64,000 bases of DNA from a phage. Where the stretch lies: the sequence record PZ386980.1; one strand, written 5' to 3'. The translations under genes were made by a program, and so were the position numbers. Shown here piece after piece: positions 28,370 to 38,394 of this stretch (positions within the stretch are counted from its first letter, which is position 1; each line of letters starts with the position of its first letter). A model generated the notes under the pieces. That model was not told where the DNA came from and searched no databases. It saw only the letters and a program-made list of their open reading frames with translations.

Positions 28370-28818
28370 TCAACAATCACAATTTCTAATTTAGAGGAAT
28401 ATGTATCTAAAATCCCCTCAATAATATCCCAGTTCCCTTTACCTATGCCTGCACCAATCCTAGGCATATAGATTGTAGGTTTAATCAGTTTATTTTCACC
28501 AAACTCATTTAATTCTAACATACAATTCATTAAAGCGGAATACTCAAAATTTGGCCCTGGTTGAAATTGAGTATAAAGATTAAAGCAGTAAGCTTTATGA
28601 GTCCTAAAGTATTTTTCATAAACTGAATAAGAACCAAGTTTAGTTACATCACCCCATTCAGTCTGTAATTTATCAGCTTCCAAAATTTTAGGAAAAGCTT
28701 TAGTTAATTGACCTGCGACTCCAGCTTTCATCGTATGAAAACAATTGCATCCATGCGCAATATTTTTACCTTCAGCGAAAAGGGCGACAATATCGCCCTT
28801 GATATATTTTACAATCAT
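28351..28818 (-). CDS. Macro-domain-like protein (putative ADP-ribose binding/hydrolysing)
   Basis: 155 aa; IKGDIVALFAEGKNIAHGCNCFHTMKAGVAGQL resembles the GDIT...NAAN...GGGVdgAI pattern of macro domains; by eye only. Confidence 0.45.
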   Translation of the reverse strand: MIVKYIKGDIVALFAEGKNIAHGCNCFHTMKAGVAGQLTKAFPKILEADKLQTEWGDVTKLGSYSVYEKYFRTHKAYCFNLYTQFQPGPNFEYSALMNCMLELNEFGENKLIKPTIYMPRIGAGIGKGNWDIIEGILDTYSSKLEIVIVDWEPLL

Positions 28819-29156
28819 CTAGTACTCAATCCTCGATTATAAGAATCTACCAAACGGTCAACCATTGAATGACAAGCGGCTTTATCTTTCTCCTCCGCAA
28901 CTGAACATTCTAAAGTATTCCACTTTTTAGCATATCGTTTTAATAATGTATCGTTTTTGTATCTGCTTGATTTATCTCTTTCTCCGTCTTTGTATGCATA
29001 TATTAATTTCTGTGCAAATTCAGCTTGGCATGCTTTATTTTTCCCACAATAATCTGCCGCAGTGCGGTTTACATACTCTCTAATTTCAGTATATGATGTA
29101 TCTGCTAACGCAGAAAATGAAATTAATCCTATACATAAAACCAAAATTTTAGTCAT
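28815..29156 (-). CDS. Secreted Cys-containing small protein
   Basis: 113 aa; signal peptide MTKILVLCIGLISFSALA. Confidence 0.5.
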   Translation of the reverse strand: MTKILVLCIGLISFSALADTSYTEIREYVNRTAADYCGKNKACQAEFAQKLIYAYKDGERDKSSRYKNDTLLKRYAKKWNTLECSVAEEKDKAACHSMVDRLVDSYNRGLSTR

Positions 29157-29694
29157 TTACTATTTCCAAAAGTTTATTATTTTTAAGGTAATTAGCCTTT
29201 TCTAGGACTTCAGAAGCATATTTAGAACCTGCTTTAACATTCCATCCCGAATTATAAGAGGATATTGCTTTTCTTATATCGCCCTTATGTATATTTAACC
29301 AATAAGAAAGTTCAATGTACGCCCAGGAAGCTGAATTGGACCGTTTATTCAACATTCTTTTTATTTCAGCATCGGTCATATTATAACCAAGTTCCTTAAC
29401 TCTTGCTCGCATAGTAGGCAAATAATTTTGGAACATTCCATAAGCGTGATGCTTTGGTTTAGATTTTAAATTAACTCCGCCAGAGCTTTCTTGCCATAAA
29501 ATAGCAGCCATTATATGACCTAATCCACTCTTGTGGATGTTTTTGTGTGTTTTATATTTTCCATCCTTAGAAAATTGTTCCCCGAATTGATACGCGTAAC
29601 GCATGTTATCGAGTTGGACATTACTGAAAGTATGCTCGGAGCTATGTGCCATCATTGAAATGGCCAATAGACCAGCGAGTAGTGCTTTTCTCAT
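29149..29694 (-). CDS. Secreted lytic-transglycosylase-like protein
   Basis: 181 aa; signal peptide MRKALLAGLLAISMMAHS; SLT-type motifs WQESSGG and AYGMFQ. Confidence 0.6.
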   Translation of the reverse strand: MRKALLAGLLAISMMAHSSEHTFSNVQLDNMRYAYQFGEQFSKDGKYKTHKNIHKSGLGHIMAAILWQESSGGVNLKSKPKHHAYGMFQNYLPTMRARVKELGYNMTDAEIKRMLNKRSNSASWAYIELSYWLNIHKGDIRKAISSYNSGWNVKAGSKYASEVLEKANYLKNNKLLEIVND

Positions 29695-29701
29695 GCTTAC
29701 C

Positions 29702-30163
29702 TCATTGAGTTTTAATTACTGCTTTAGAAGCCTTTCCTGGTAAACGACGACTGTTAATAATTGCCATCCTACATTGGAGTGACGGGTCTTTGAACTTCTC
29801 ATTAGGTTTACAAACCGTAAATCCAAGCCAAAGATTTCCATCTGTGATTTCTAAACGTCCAGGACGATATTCAACCCCATCAATAAAATCCTCGTCAATG
29901 TCAGGACGCGGAGGCATACTCAGAAATTCATTAACTTCTAAAACATGGTCTTTTATTTTATGGAATAATTCAAAAACGTATGTCTCATCAATCTCCCGTT
30001 GAATTGCGCGATCAAGAAGATGCTGAGAATATTTTAGATGAAACGATGAGACCCCTGCTGCTTTTGATGCCTCACGAATCTCATTGTTAATTTGACGAAA
30101 CTCCGACTCAAAGTGACGACGAAGCTTATTTCGACGGATAAAAACTTCTGTATTGATAGTCAT
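29702..30163 (-). CDS. regB: Endoribonuclease RegB
   Basis: 153 aa; same length and position (after tk block, before denV) as T4 RegB; early promoter directly upstream. Confidence 0.8.
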   Translation of the reverse strand: MTINTEVFIRRNKLRRHFESEFRQINNEIREASKAAGVSSFHLKYSQHLLDRAIQREIDETYVFELFHKIKDHVLEVNEFLSMPPRPDIDEDFIDGVEYRPGRLEITDGNLWLGFTVCKPNEKFKDPSLQCRMAIINSRRLPGKASKAVIKTQ

Positions 30164-30188
30164 GTTATTCTCCTCTTAACTGATAGAA

Positions 30189-30236
30189 AAATTATACCAC
30201 AGTCAAGAGGAAAAGTAAACAGTTATTCTTTAAATC
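30189..30236 (-). promoter_or_regulatory. T4-type early promoter
   Basis: -35 GTTTAC, 18 nt spacer, -10 TATAAT; ~28 nt upstream of regB ATG. Confidence 0.55.
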
Positions 30237-30543
30237 TAATCAATTTATTCATAGACTTTGAAACTTCTGCACGAACCTCATGTAAGTTTTTAAGCTGTTC
30301 AAGACGCTGCGTATAGTAAGCAATTTCATCTTCTTCGAGACAGTCCTGTGAATCTTCTTTAAGATAACGCGCATAGTCCTGGAAAGCTTTACGGACTACT
30401 TCCTGGAAGTCATCAAGACTTTGAATTTTCTTAGGAGCGGCAGATACACGACGAGGTGCAGTATAATACTCATAACCAAACCCTGCGCTTAATTGAGCCA
30501 TTAGTATTTTTCCTCTGGTTGGAACACTGCGCGACAAGCCCAC
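30223..30543 (-). CDS. Hypothetical protein
   Basis: ORF track; probable start at internal Met. Confidence 0.45.
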   Translation of the reverse strand: MGLSRSVPTRGKILMAQLSAGFGYEYYTAPRRVSAAPKKIQSLDDFQEVVRKAFQDYARYLKEDSQDCLEEDEIAYYTQRLEQLKNLHEVRAEVSKSMNKLIRFKE

Positions 30544-30818
30544 ATACTAGCTTCTTTGAGTTTAGACTTGGCCTTTTGAATGCAGTCAATAGAATTCATA
30601 GCTTCATCTAACTTAGAGTCTGACACTTCTTCATTTCCACCTAATGTGCTGTAGATTTCAATATACTCGTCTTCTAAAGCCTTTAAAATAAGTCCTAAAC
30701 GAACTTCAGCGTCTTTGATAGCATTCACTTTACCGATTTTCTCTTCAGTATGCGGCTTATAACCTTTAATGTCTTCAATCATATTTGACTTCCTCACCAG
30801 TACATAAATCATATTCAA
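30501..30818 (-). CDS. Hypothetical small protein; speculative Acb2 (vs.4)-like cyclic-nucleotide sponge
   Basis: 94 aa from internal Met; position after regB as for T4 vs.4; no motif-level support. Confidence 0.3.
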   Translation of the reverse strand: MNMIYVLVRKSNMIEDIKGYKPHTEEKIGKVNAIKDAEVRLGLILKALEDEYIEIYSTLGGNEEVSDSKLDEAMNSIDCIQKAKSKLKEASMWACRAVFQPEEKY

Positions 30819-30996
30819 CTAAACGAATAGGTTCATGAATGCCATATCCTTGAACAGAAATTTCTGTCGTAGGATAAATTCCATCAATATCACCCATATT
30901 CCAGGCTTCATTAAATTGCTGTTCGCCTGAATTACTAAACCACTCGGCGAAAGCATTTAGCACATCTTTAGAACCTTCAATAATTATCTTTGCCAT
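30775..30996 (-). CDS. Hypothetical small acidic protein
   Basis: ORF track. Confidence 0.45.
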   Translation of the reverse strand: MAKIIIEGSKDVLNAFAEWFSNSGEQQFNEAWNMGDIDGIYPTTEISVQGYGIHEPIRLVEYDLCTGEEVKYD

Positions 30997-31358
30997 TACA
31001 AACTCTCAGTAAAGGTACGAGCGATAACGTCGCGCTGCTGTTCCGGAGTCAGAGAGTTAAAGCGAACTGCATAACCGGATACACGGATGGTCAGCTGCGG
31101 ATATTTTTCCGGATGCTTAACTGCATCTTCCAGAGTTTCACGACGCAGAACGTTAACGTTCAGGTGTTGACCACCTTCAATTTTAACTGTAGGTTGTGTT
31201 TCAATTTCAATTTCACGGGCATGCAAACCGTAGAAAATTTCTGGGTCTACAAAAGAGTCCTCTTTAAAGGTTTTAGAGACAATAATTCGTGCTTGAATAC
31301 CATCTTCAAAATAAATAGTACCTTTATGTGTGCCTTCAAGAATTTGATATGCTTTCAT
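30996..31358 (-). CDS. Autonomous glycyl-radical cofactor (GrcA/YfiD-like)
   Basis: 120 aa; C-terminal ~60 aa essentially the E. coli GrcA sequence as recalled, incl. RVSGYAVRF glycine-radical motif. Confidence 0.85.
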   Translation of the reverse strand: MKAYQILEGTHKGTIYFEDGIQARIIVSKTFKEDSFVDPEIFYGLHAREIEIETQPTVKIEGGQHLNVNVLRRETLEDAVKHPEKYPQLTIRVSGYAVRFNSLTPEQQRDVIARTFTESL

Positions 31359-31365
31359 ATAAACC

Positions 31366-31695
31366 TCAATTAGAAAATAAATTTATCCAAGATTGTTCTT
31401 TAATTAAAAATGGCTCAGAATCATATGCCATTAAACTTTGGGTGATTAGTCCTTTAAAAGGTCCATCAATAAATTCCATGGTAAAATATGGAATTTTATT
31501 CATTAACTGCGCGTTAGGAGCAGTGCACAAAACTCTGCATCCTTTGAATACGCCTTTTTGTAATTTGTATTGCTTGGGATAAAATTCGCTCAAAATGTTA
31601 TTATTTGCCAAAATTTCAAAATGATTCACCAATTTATTTTTAATAGTTTTTGGCGAAAAATAAAGATATTCGAAAAGCTGTGTGTCTGTCATCAT
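31366..31695 (-). CDS. Hypothetical protein
   Basis: ORF track (109 aa). Confidence 0.5.
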   Translation of the reverse strand: MMTDTQLFEYLYFSPKTIKNKLVNHFEILANNNILSEFYPKQYKLQKGVFKGCRVLCTAPNAQLMNKIPYFTMEFIDGPFKGLITQSLMAYDSEPFLIKEQSWINLFSN

Positions 31696-32282
31696 TGCAT
31701 TCCAATCACAAAAAATTGAGGACGAACTGTTTCACCTGTTTCAGCATTATAGCTTCGACAACAGTGTTGTACCGTTTTAATATGGATATTGTAAATCTTA
31801 TCCATATCAGGAGCTTTAATAGGTTCGTCAATTATGTACAAGATACGAGAAAGCGATAACCCACGGAATTTATGACCTTCATTACCGATAAAACTACGGA
31901 CAGAATCAGTAAATAAACGGAATCGAATATCATCGCTAGAATAACGAGAAAATTCTTTTTCAATGTTGCCAGCAGAAATTTTAGCGTAAGCTGAAGTATT
32001 AGAAAGAACAATAACTGTTCCGCCATCATACAGCCAATTAGCAGCAAAGTTAGTCACAGCAATTGATTTACCGGATTGACGTCCACCATCTATACGAAGT
32101 GTGCAGTACTGTTTGAGCACATCTTCCATTGGTGGAAGATAATCATTCTTACAAATTTCTTCTACTCTAGCATCAGAATGGTGTGTAAAAGCATTCATCA
32201 GGGATAGATAAGGACCAGTTAAAAATGTTCTCATTTTATTCTCTCTAAGTTTGGGCCATTCCGTGGCGCATGAATTGTCCAT
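31692..32282 (-). CDS. Small P-loop NTPase
   Basis: Walker A GGRQSGKS and Walker B ILYIIDE. Confidence 0.55.
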   Translation of the reverse strand: MDNSCATEWPKLRENKMRTFLTGPYLSLMNAFTHHSDARVEEICKNDYLPPMEDVLKQYCTLRIDGGRQSGKSIAVTNFAANWLYDGGTVIVLSNTSAYAKISAGNIEKEFSRYSSDDIRFRLFTDSVRSFIGNEGHKFRGLSLSRILYIIDEPIKAPDMDKIYNIHIKTVQHCCRSYNAETGETVRPQFFVIGMQ

Positions 32283-32375
32283 TTCTGTATTTACCCATTA
32301 CCGCACTTGGGCTCGACCTTATCACAGGTTGGCGGGAATCCCTCATAGAATCATGAGGTCCAGGTTGTTCCCATA

Positions 32376-32849
32376 TTATTTGAACGATTTAACGTACTGA
32401 ATAGAACCCTTACTATTCACAAAGGCAATTTTACCATTTTTATTATACATGGTAGCAGTACGCTGATAACCATAGGTTTGTTTACCAGATTGATAACCAA
32501 CTAATGCAAAATTATCTTCACCCATTTTATTCTGTTTAGCGCGAATGCGTTCATGACCATGTGCCATAAGAACCTTAGCATCACCAGTTGCAATGGATCG
32601 ACGAGTTTTTTCATCTTCAACTGCATTAACAAAGTCGTCAAATGAATCAAATTTAGCATGAGATTTATTATACAATTTTCCATCTACTGCATAATTATAT
32701 CCCTGTACATCCATCTCAACTTCTGTACCATCATCCAATACAGCAGTAATTTTTTGACCTTTTTTAAATTTCAAAAGATCAGTAAAAGATTCAGCAATAA
32801 TTTGAGAATTAATAGCTGCTTCAGTGATAAATTCTTGATATGTTTTCAT
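32376..32849 (-). CDS. Internal (head-packaged) protein with capsid-targeting sequence
   Basis: 157 aa; N-terminus MKTYQEFITEA matches the T4 internal-protein targeting pattern; lies upstream of denV rather than between denV and e. Confidence 0.7.
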   Translation of the reverse strand: MKTYQEFITEAAINSQIIAESFTDLLKFKKGQKITAVLDDGTEVEMDVQGYNYAVDGKLYNKSHAKFDSFDDFVNAVEDEKTRRSIATGDAKVLMAHGHERIRAKQNKMGEDNFALVGYQSGKQTYGYQRTATMYNKNGKIAFVNSKGSIQYVKSFK

Positions 32850-32858
32850 GGGTTTCCT

Positions 32859-33275
32859 TTAAATGTAAATATTTTTACCGTAATACTTATACCAATGTGG
32901 TTTCATTAAAATTTTTTCATCAAGTCGTTGTTGACTCAATTTAATAGCTGATTTGCATGGATTATAATCATTTTTCCATTCTATTGGAATATCGCTGATG
33001 TCAGGAACTTCAGTATCTTTTATACTGAACCCGCGTTTTAAGCATTCCGTTATAATGTCTAATTGACGCTTTCGCAAAAATTCTAACTTATCGTAAAAGA
33101 ACGTAACATGACCAGAACCTAAAATAAACTCGGAAGATATTTTAAAATCTTTAACGCGCTTACCGTTTGCCACATGCTTACGAACTATACCAAAAACACG
33201 CGGCAATTCACGGTATTCTGCGATTAAATGTTGATCAGCAAGTTCAGATACTAAAGTCAAATTAATACGAGTCAT
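32859..33275 (-). CDS. denV: Endonuclease V (pyrimidine-dimer DNA glycosylase)
   Basis: 138 aa; [29 protein letters not shown] matches recalled T4 DenV. Confidence 0.93.
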   Translation of the reverse strand: MTRINLTLVSELADQHLIAEYRELPRVFGIVRKHVANGKRVKDFKISSEFILGSGHVTFFYDKLEFLRKRQLDIITECLKRGFSIKDTEVPDISDIPIEWKNDYNPCKSAIKLSQQRLDEKILMKPHWYKYYGKNIYI

Positions 33276-33297
33276 TTTATCCCTCCAAGTAACTGTG

Positions 33298-34303
<1,006 letters not shown>

Positions 34304-34322
<19 letters not shown>

Positions 34323-34792
34323 TCAGTGATAAAGTTATTTAAATTTTGAGTATATTTCTTTTCATCAAAAATCTTTTGTTGTCTGCGTAGCCGCCATGGC
34401 ATTTCAATGAACGTGTACCATATCCCAGATAATATTGCTGCAGTAAAAATATTAACAAGTATGGTTAAAAGAATCCAATCTCCTATTCTGTCCATTGGAT
34501 TTTTTATAAAAAAGTAAAATACGAATGATGTCACAGGAAGACTAATAATATACCACAGAATCATAATTTTATCTGTGAACCAATCAGCGTTCGTTAACTT
34601 AGCGCGACCATTATGAATACACACGAATTTATCATCTGTTATAATAGATGGCTTAGCTGCTTGATATCCCATTCTAAACTCCCTAATCAACAAATTTTTC
34701 ATATCTTCGGAACAACCATTCCAGTCAACTCTATCAACTGAAATGCCATCATCCCCATCATCTAAATCATACCAGCGAGTTTTTAAAATCAT
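34304..34792 (-). CDS. Membrane protein, CRK-tail family member
   Basis: 162 aa; two hydrophobic helices; ends FITECRKLK. Confidence 0.55.
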
Positions 34793-35163
34793 TTAATTTT
34801 CCTACAATCACTCACAAACTCTTCCATTGATTCTTTTTCAATATAAGACATGTAGCTATTATATTCCTTTAATTGTATTTTGTAATCTTTTTTTCTTTGC
34901 CAATTTATTTTAAAATTATCATAATGAAAATATAACATGGTACCAAAGAATGAAAATAATGAAATCGCTATAGTATAATGAAGTTCACTCCAAACTTCTA
35001 TTATATCTATTATACCGCTGACGTTACTACGGATGTTTAAAATAAGACAGTCAATTAACAATCCAAAAAGACTACCCGCAAGAGCTGCAGCCAACGCTAC
35101 AGCAAAAATTAAAAATGACTCAGGAAGAGAATATTTGACTTTATTTAGTTTTGGCTTTTGCAT
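34789..35163 (-). CDS. Membrane protein, CRK-tail family member
   Basis: 124 aa; two hydrophobic helices; ends FVSDCRKIK. Confidence 0.55.
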   Translation of the reverse strand: MQKPKLNKVKYSLPESFLIFAVALAAALAGSLFGLLIDCLILNIRSNVSGIIDIIEVWSELHYTIAISLFSFFGTMLYFHYDNFKINWQRKKDYKIQLKEYNSYMSYIEKESMEEFVSDCRKIK

Positions 35164-35558
35164 CGCGATTCCTTAACAAATTTCATAATTTCATCAAATT
35201 CATGCGCAGCAAGTTTAAGCTGATGTTCCTTTTTAATCTTTTTACACTGAGCTTTCCAATCACGTACACGTTTACGATAGTGTCTTCCTTGATACCAATA
35301 TCCTATCCAATTTATAGGTACTAATAAAAGCGGAACTACCAACGGAAGAATTAGTGTTGCTCCAAATATTGCACCAGATTCAATATCAGTCATAACGTCT
35401 ATAACCATTCCAGCAATCACCAGAATCACAAATGATACAACTACCACAGGACCTATTAACACATCAGTAGAAATTATCTGACGCTTTAATTCATACTTCA
35501 ACGGTTTACTTGGAAGGTATAGTGATGGTTTTGACATATTCTCTACATTCCTTAACAA
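35145..35558 (-). CDS. Membrane protein, CRK-tail family member
   Basis: 137 aa; two hydrophobic helices; ends KFVKESRCKSQN. Confidence 0.55.
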   Translation of the reverse strand: MLRNVENMSKPSLYLPSKPLKYELKRQIISTDVLIGPVVVVSFVILVIAGMVIDVMTDIESGAIFGATLILPLVVPLLLVPINWIGYWYQGRHYRKRVRDWKAQCKKIKKEHQLKLAAHEFDEIMKFVKESRCKSQN

Positions 35559-36114
35559 ATTTTTCTAATAATAAATCGCTTTCAAAATTGGGATTTTCTA
35601 CGAATTTATCAAAAAGATCATCGACAATAGTTAAGATATTCTTTTTACTAAGAATACGTTTATTTTCATATTTTGTTTCAGAGTCAACTATAAGAGTAAA
35701 GAAATATTTCTTGCCCTGAAATTTTACAGTAGTATCAATATAGAATAAATTTGACTTTTGTAAATTACGTTTAAACCATGCATCACTTAAACTATAAACG
35801 CCAAGATAATCATAATCGTCGTTTAAATAACAGACCGTCCATTCAGGAGAAACAAAATCAGTAAATTCAACGTCAAAATCGCATGTTAATAAATGAATTG
35901 ATTCAATACTGTTAATAAGTATTCCAGGACGTATTAAAGACTTTTTACCTCTAAAAAATCTTCCAGAAAGACTTTCAACAGTTTCATATGAAGAACCCCA
36001 ATAATAATTACGTCCTTCTGCCATACGTTTAAGAGCATTTAATAATTGGTCTGGAACATCAACCTGTCTTTGGAACTCTTCAAACATTGAATTGAAATCA
36101 CTTTGCATTTTCAT
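35506..36114 (-). CDS. Hypothetical soluble protein with related C-terminal motif
   Basis: 202 aa; C-terminal region EKFVKECREYVK. Confidence 0.5.
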   Translation of the reverse strand: MKMQSDFNSMFEEFQRQVDVPDQLLNALKRMAEGRNYYWGSSYETVESLSGRFFRGKKSLIRPGILINSIESIHLLTCDFDVEFTDFVSPEWTVCYLNDDYDYLGVYSLSDAWFKRNLQKSNLFYIDTTVKFQGKKYFFTLIVDSETKYENKRILSKKNILTIVDDLFDKFVENPNFESDLLLEKFVKECREYVKTITIPSK

Positions 36115-36134
36115 TCCTACTTACTCCAAGTAAT

Positions 36135-36150
36135 AGGGGCCGAAGCCCCT
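36135..36150 (-). terminator. Stem-loop GGGGC-UUCG-GCCCC after PspA-like gene
   Basis: aggggccgaagcccct directly after stop; no clear U-run. Confidence 0.4.
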
Positions 36151-36155
36151 TATCA

Positions 36156-36749
36156 TTATTTCAGAGAATTAATATATTCCTGAACATCGGCAGAGGTAGT
36201 TTCAACCCCAGAAATATTACCATTAAAGGTTTCAACTCGAGCAAGAGTATCTTCAATATCAACCTTAGTCAGTGCTGCAATTTCAACTACATCATCAGCA
36301 GTACTAATTCCAAGGGCATTCGCGGCGCGAGTTTCACGGATATATTCCAATTTAACTGCAAGTTCTTGGCGAGCATCATCTAACTCAACTACTTTCTTGG
36401 CAATTTCAATTCGCATTTCAGCATAACCATCAGCTTTAGTAGTCAACTGCTCAGCTGTTCGACGATATAGTAAACCAAGTTTAGCATGCATTGTTACATC
36501 TTGACCTTCCGAAAGGAGCTTGCGAATTTCACGCTCTTTTGATTCGGCCTGCTTATTCTTTTCGACAATAAGTTCACGAATACGCTTTTCTTCATTAATA
36601 GATTTAACAGAAGCAGTTTTTAGATCTTTAATTTTATCAAGCAATTTTGCTGCTGCGGCAGTATACTGCTCTTCAACAGATAGATTTTTAGCCATAGCAG
36701 AACCAAGTTTAGTGCGAATAAACTCAACAATTTTCTTCAGTGTGTTCAT
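36156..36749 (-). CDS. PspA/IM30-like coiled-coil protein (tentative)
   Basis: 197 aa, almost entirely heptad-like charged helix; pattern resembles phage-shock protein A; by eye only. Confidence 0.4.
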
Positions 36750-36792
36750 AGTATTTCCTTAGGTTGATTAGAAATTAAAATCTGCAGAAGAA

Positions 36793-37326
36793 TTATATCA
36801 TGCTACTTAAGAGATGTAAACTATTTTTAATTTTACAAATTCGTTCAGCTTCTTCAACAGCGGCAGTGATAATGCTTTTAGCTATAGGAGTACTAATATT
36901 AGTAGCTTTTACACTTAACACGATTTCTTTATCTTTACCAGGCCAACCCCACGATTTTTCACCATGAGTGCCTTTAATTACAGCAGACACCTCAAGTGAG
37001 CATCCATTATCGCATGTTTTTACATTAACAACCCAAGTGTCACTTTTCTCAACCGGTTTATCCCAGTAAATATTAAGAATACGTGGGACATCAAATTTAG
37101 CAGGGCAAATCTTAACCGTAAGACCTTCGCTTTCTAGCCAATTAATAAGAGGGCGTTCATACATGCGGCGATGTGGGCTTTGAACTCGACAAGCTTTGTA
37201 CCCATTGCTTGCGGCTTCACTAAGCTCTTCTAATACATGCTTTTGCATTATTGATAAGATACCATCAAAAGATTTTTCGGAAGTTTCATTCAGTTCGGTA
37301 TAAAGAGACATAACAGTTTTCCTCAA
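36793..37326 (-). CDS. Hypothetical protein
   Basis: ORF track (177 aa). Confidence 0.5.
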   Translation of the reverse strand: MRKTVMSLYTELNETSEKSFDGILSIMQKHVLEELSEAASNGYKACRVQSPHRRMYERPLINWLESEGLTVKICPAKFDVPRILNIYWDKPVEKSDTWVVNVKTCDNGCSLEVSAVIKGTHGEKSWGWPGKDKEIVLSVKATNISTPIAKSIITAAVEEAERICKIKNSLHLLSSMI

Positions 37327-37367
37327 ATTATAGGCTCATAATATCTCAATCATGAGCCTATGTAAAC

Positions 37368-37631
37368 TTATTTCATATTATTGAAATATTCTTCTGCGAT
37401 TTCGTCGTTATCATGGTAAACTTTAGAAGACAGTTTAACATAACCTTCAGCAGTGAACATGTTAATCACAACCTTTACAGTATACCACTGACCATCTTCA
37501 TTACCCATTACTGCGTAAGTTTCAAACATCGGATGATCAGGACCGATAACTTTAATATCATTCACTGTACGACCAAAATCTTCTGAAACACATTTCATAA
37601 AGAAGTTGAACAGTTCACCGTAATTATCCAT
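37368..37631 (-). CDS. Hypothetical small protein
   Basis: Trimmed to first ATG (GGAGAA Shine-Dalgarno); downstream of early promoter. Confidence 0.5.
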   Translation of the reverse strand: MDNYGELFNFFMKCVSEDFGRTVNDIKVIGPDHPMFETYAVMGNEDGQWYTVKVVINMFTAEGYVKLSSKVYHDNDEIAEEYFNNMK

Positions 37632-37671
37632 TTCATTCTCCAAGTTGTTTTCTGTATCAGTAGTTGATAGT

Positions 37672-37730
37672 TGTATAGTACCATAGAAGAACAGGGATGT
37701 AAACAGTTTTGTGAAAAAATTTTTAAAAAG
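37672..37730 (-). promoter_or_regulatory. T4-type early promoter with conserved leader
   Basis: UP element, -35 GTTTAC, -10 TACTAT, ACAACTATCAACTAC leader. Confidence 0.55.
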
Positions 37731-37833
37731 TTTTGGGGAATTCTAGGGCAGGGAGGGGAAATCAAAGGATAGGATAATATATTATAAAGGGTAGAAACTA
37801 AATGATGTCTAGAGAGGCCTGGAAAGGCCTAGA

Positions 37834-37868
37834 TACCAAAAAGCCCCAACCTTTCGGCTAGGGCTAAG
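37834..37868. repeat. 35-nt direct repeat, copy 1 (hairpin-forming) just 3' of ip gene
   Basis: taccaaaaagccccaacctttcggctagggctaag; 32/35 identical to 38393..38427. Confidence 0.75.
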
Positions 37869-37872
37869 AATG

Positions 37873-38346
37873 TTATTTGATTTGTTTAGCAGACCAAATG
37901 CGGTCTTTAATAATTTTTTGAATGTCTTCAACATACTCAAGAGAGTGAGCATGTGGGTTATCTTTGAAACTATAAGCACGAGCTAGTTTTTGGCCTTCAG
38001 TTTTGATTACTAAAAGCTCTTTAAGGATAGCTTCATATTTGGAGATAATTCCTTTAACAATATTTTTCTCTTGTGCGACTTTAGGATCTGCTTTAGGAGC
38101 AGGTTTACCCGAAGCCTTTGCAAAAGCAGCGCCAGTAGCAACTAAACTTTTCCAGGCCATACTAACTGCATTTCCCGTAAATCCTTCCGCTTTCATGTCG
38201 CGTGCGAACTGGAATCGCGATTCATCAGAAGCATCTTTGTAAGAATATTTACCCGCTGCAATGGCTGCTTTTGCGACAGCTTGAATTTCGGTGCTAGATG
38301 CTTCATTTAACACCGCTTCATTTAAAAATTGAGTATATGATTTCAT
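37873..38346 (-). CDS. Internal (head-packaged) protein with capsid-targeting sequence
   Basis: 157 aa; N-terminus MKSYTQFLNEA; Ala/Lys-rich; flanked by direct repeats; TATAAATA late promoter upstream. Confidence 0.7.
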   Translation of the reverse strand: MKSYTQFLNEAVLNEASSTEIQAVAKAAIAAGKYSYKDASDESRFQFARDMKAEGFTGNAVSMAWKSLVATGAAFAKASGKPAPKADPKVAQEKNIVKGIISKYEAILKELLVIKTEGQKLARAYSFKDNPHAHSLEYVEDIQKIIKDRIWSAKQIK

Positions 38347-38386
38347 CTTATTTCCTGTTTTAATTCGTGGATTTAATATACTACTA

Positions 38387-38394
38387 TATTTATA
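38387..38394 (-). promoter_or_regulatory. Late promoter TATAAATA for ip gene
   Basis: Exact TATAAATA on minus strand ~40 nt upstream of start. Confidence 0.5.
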
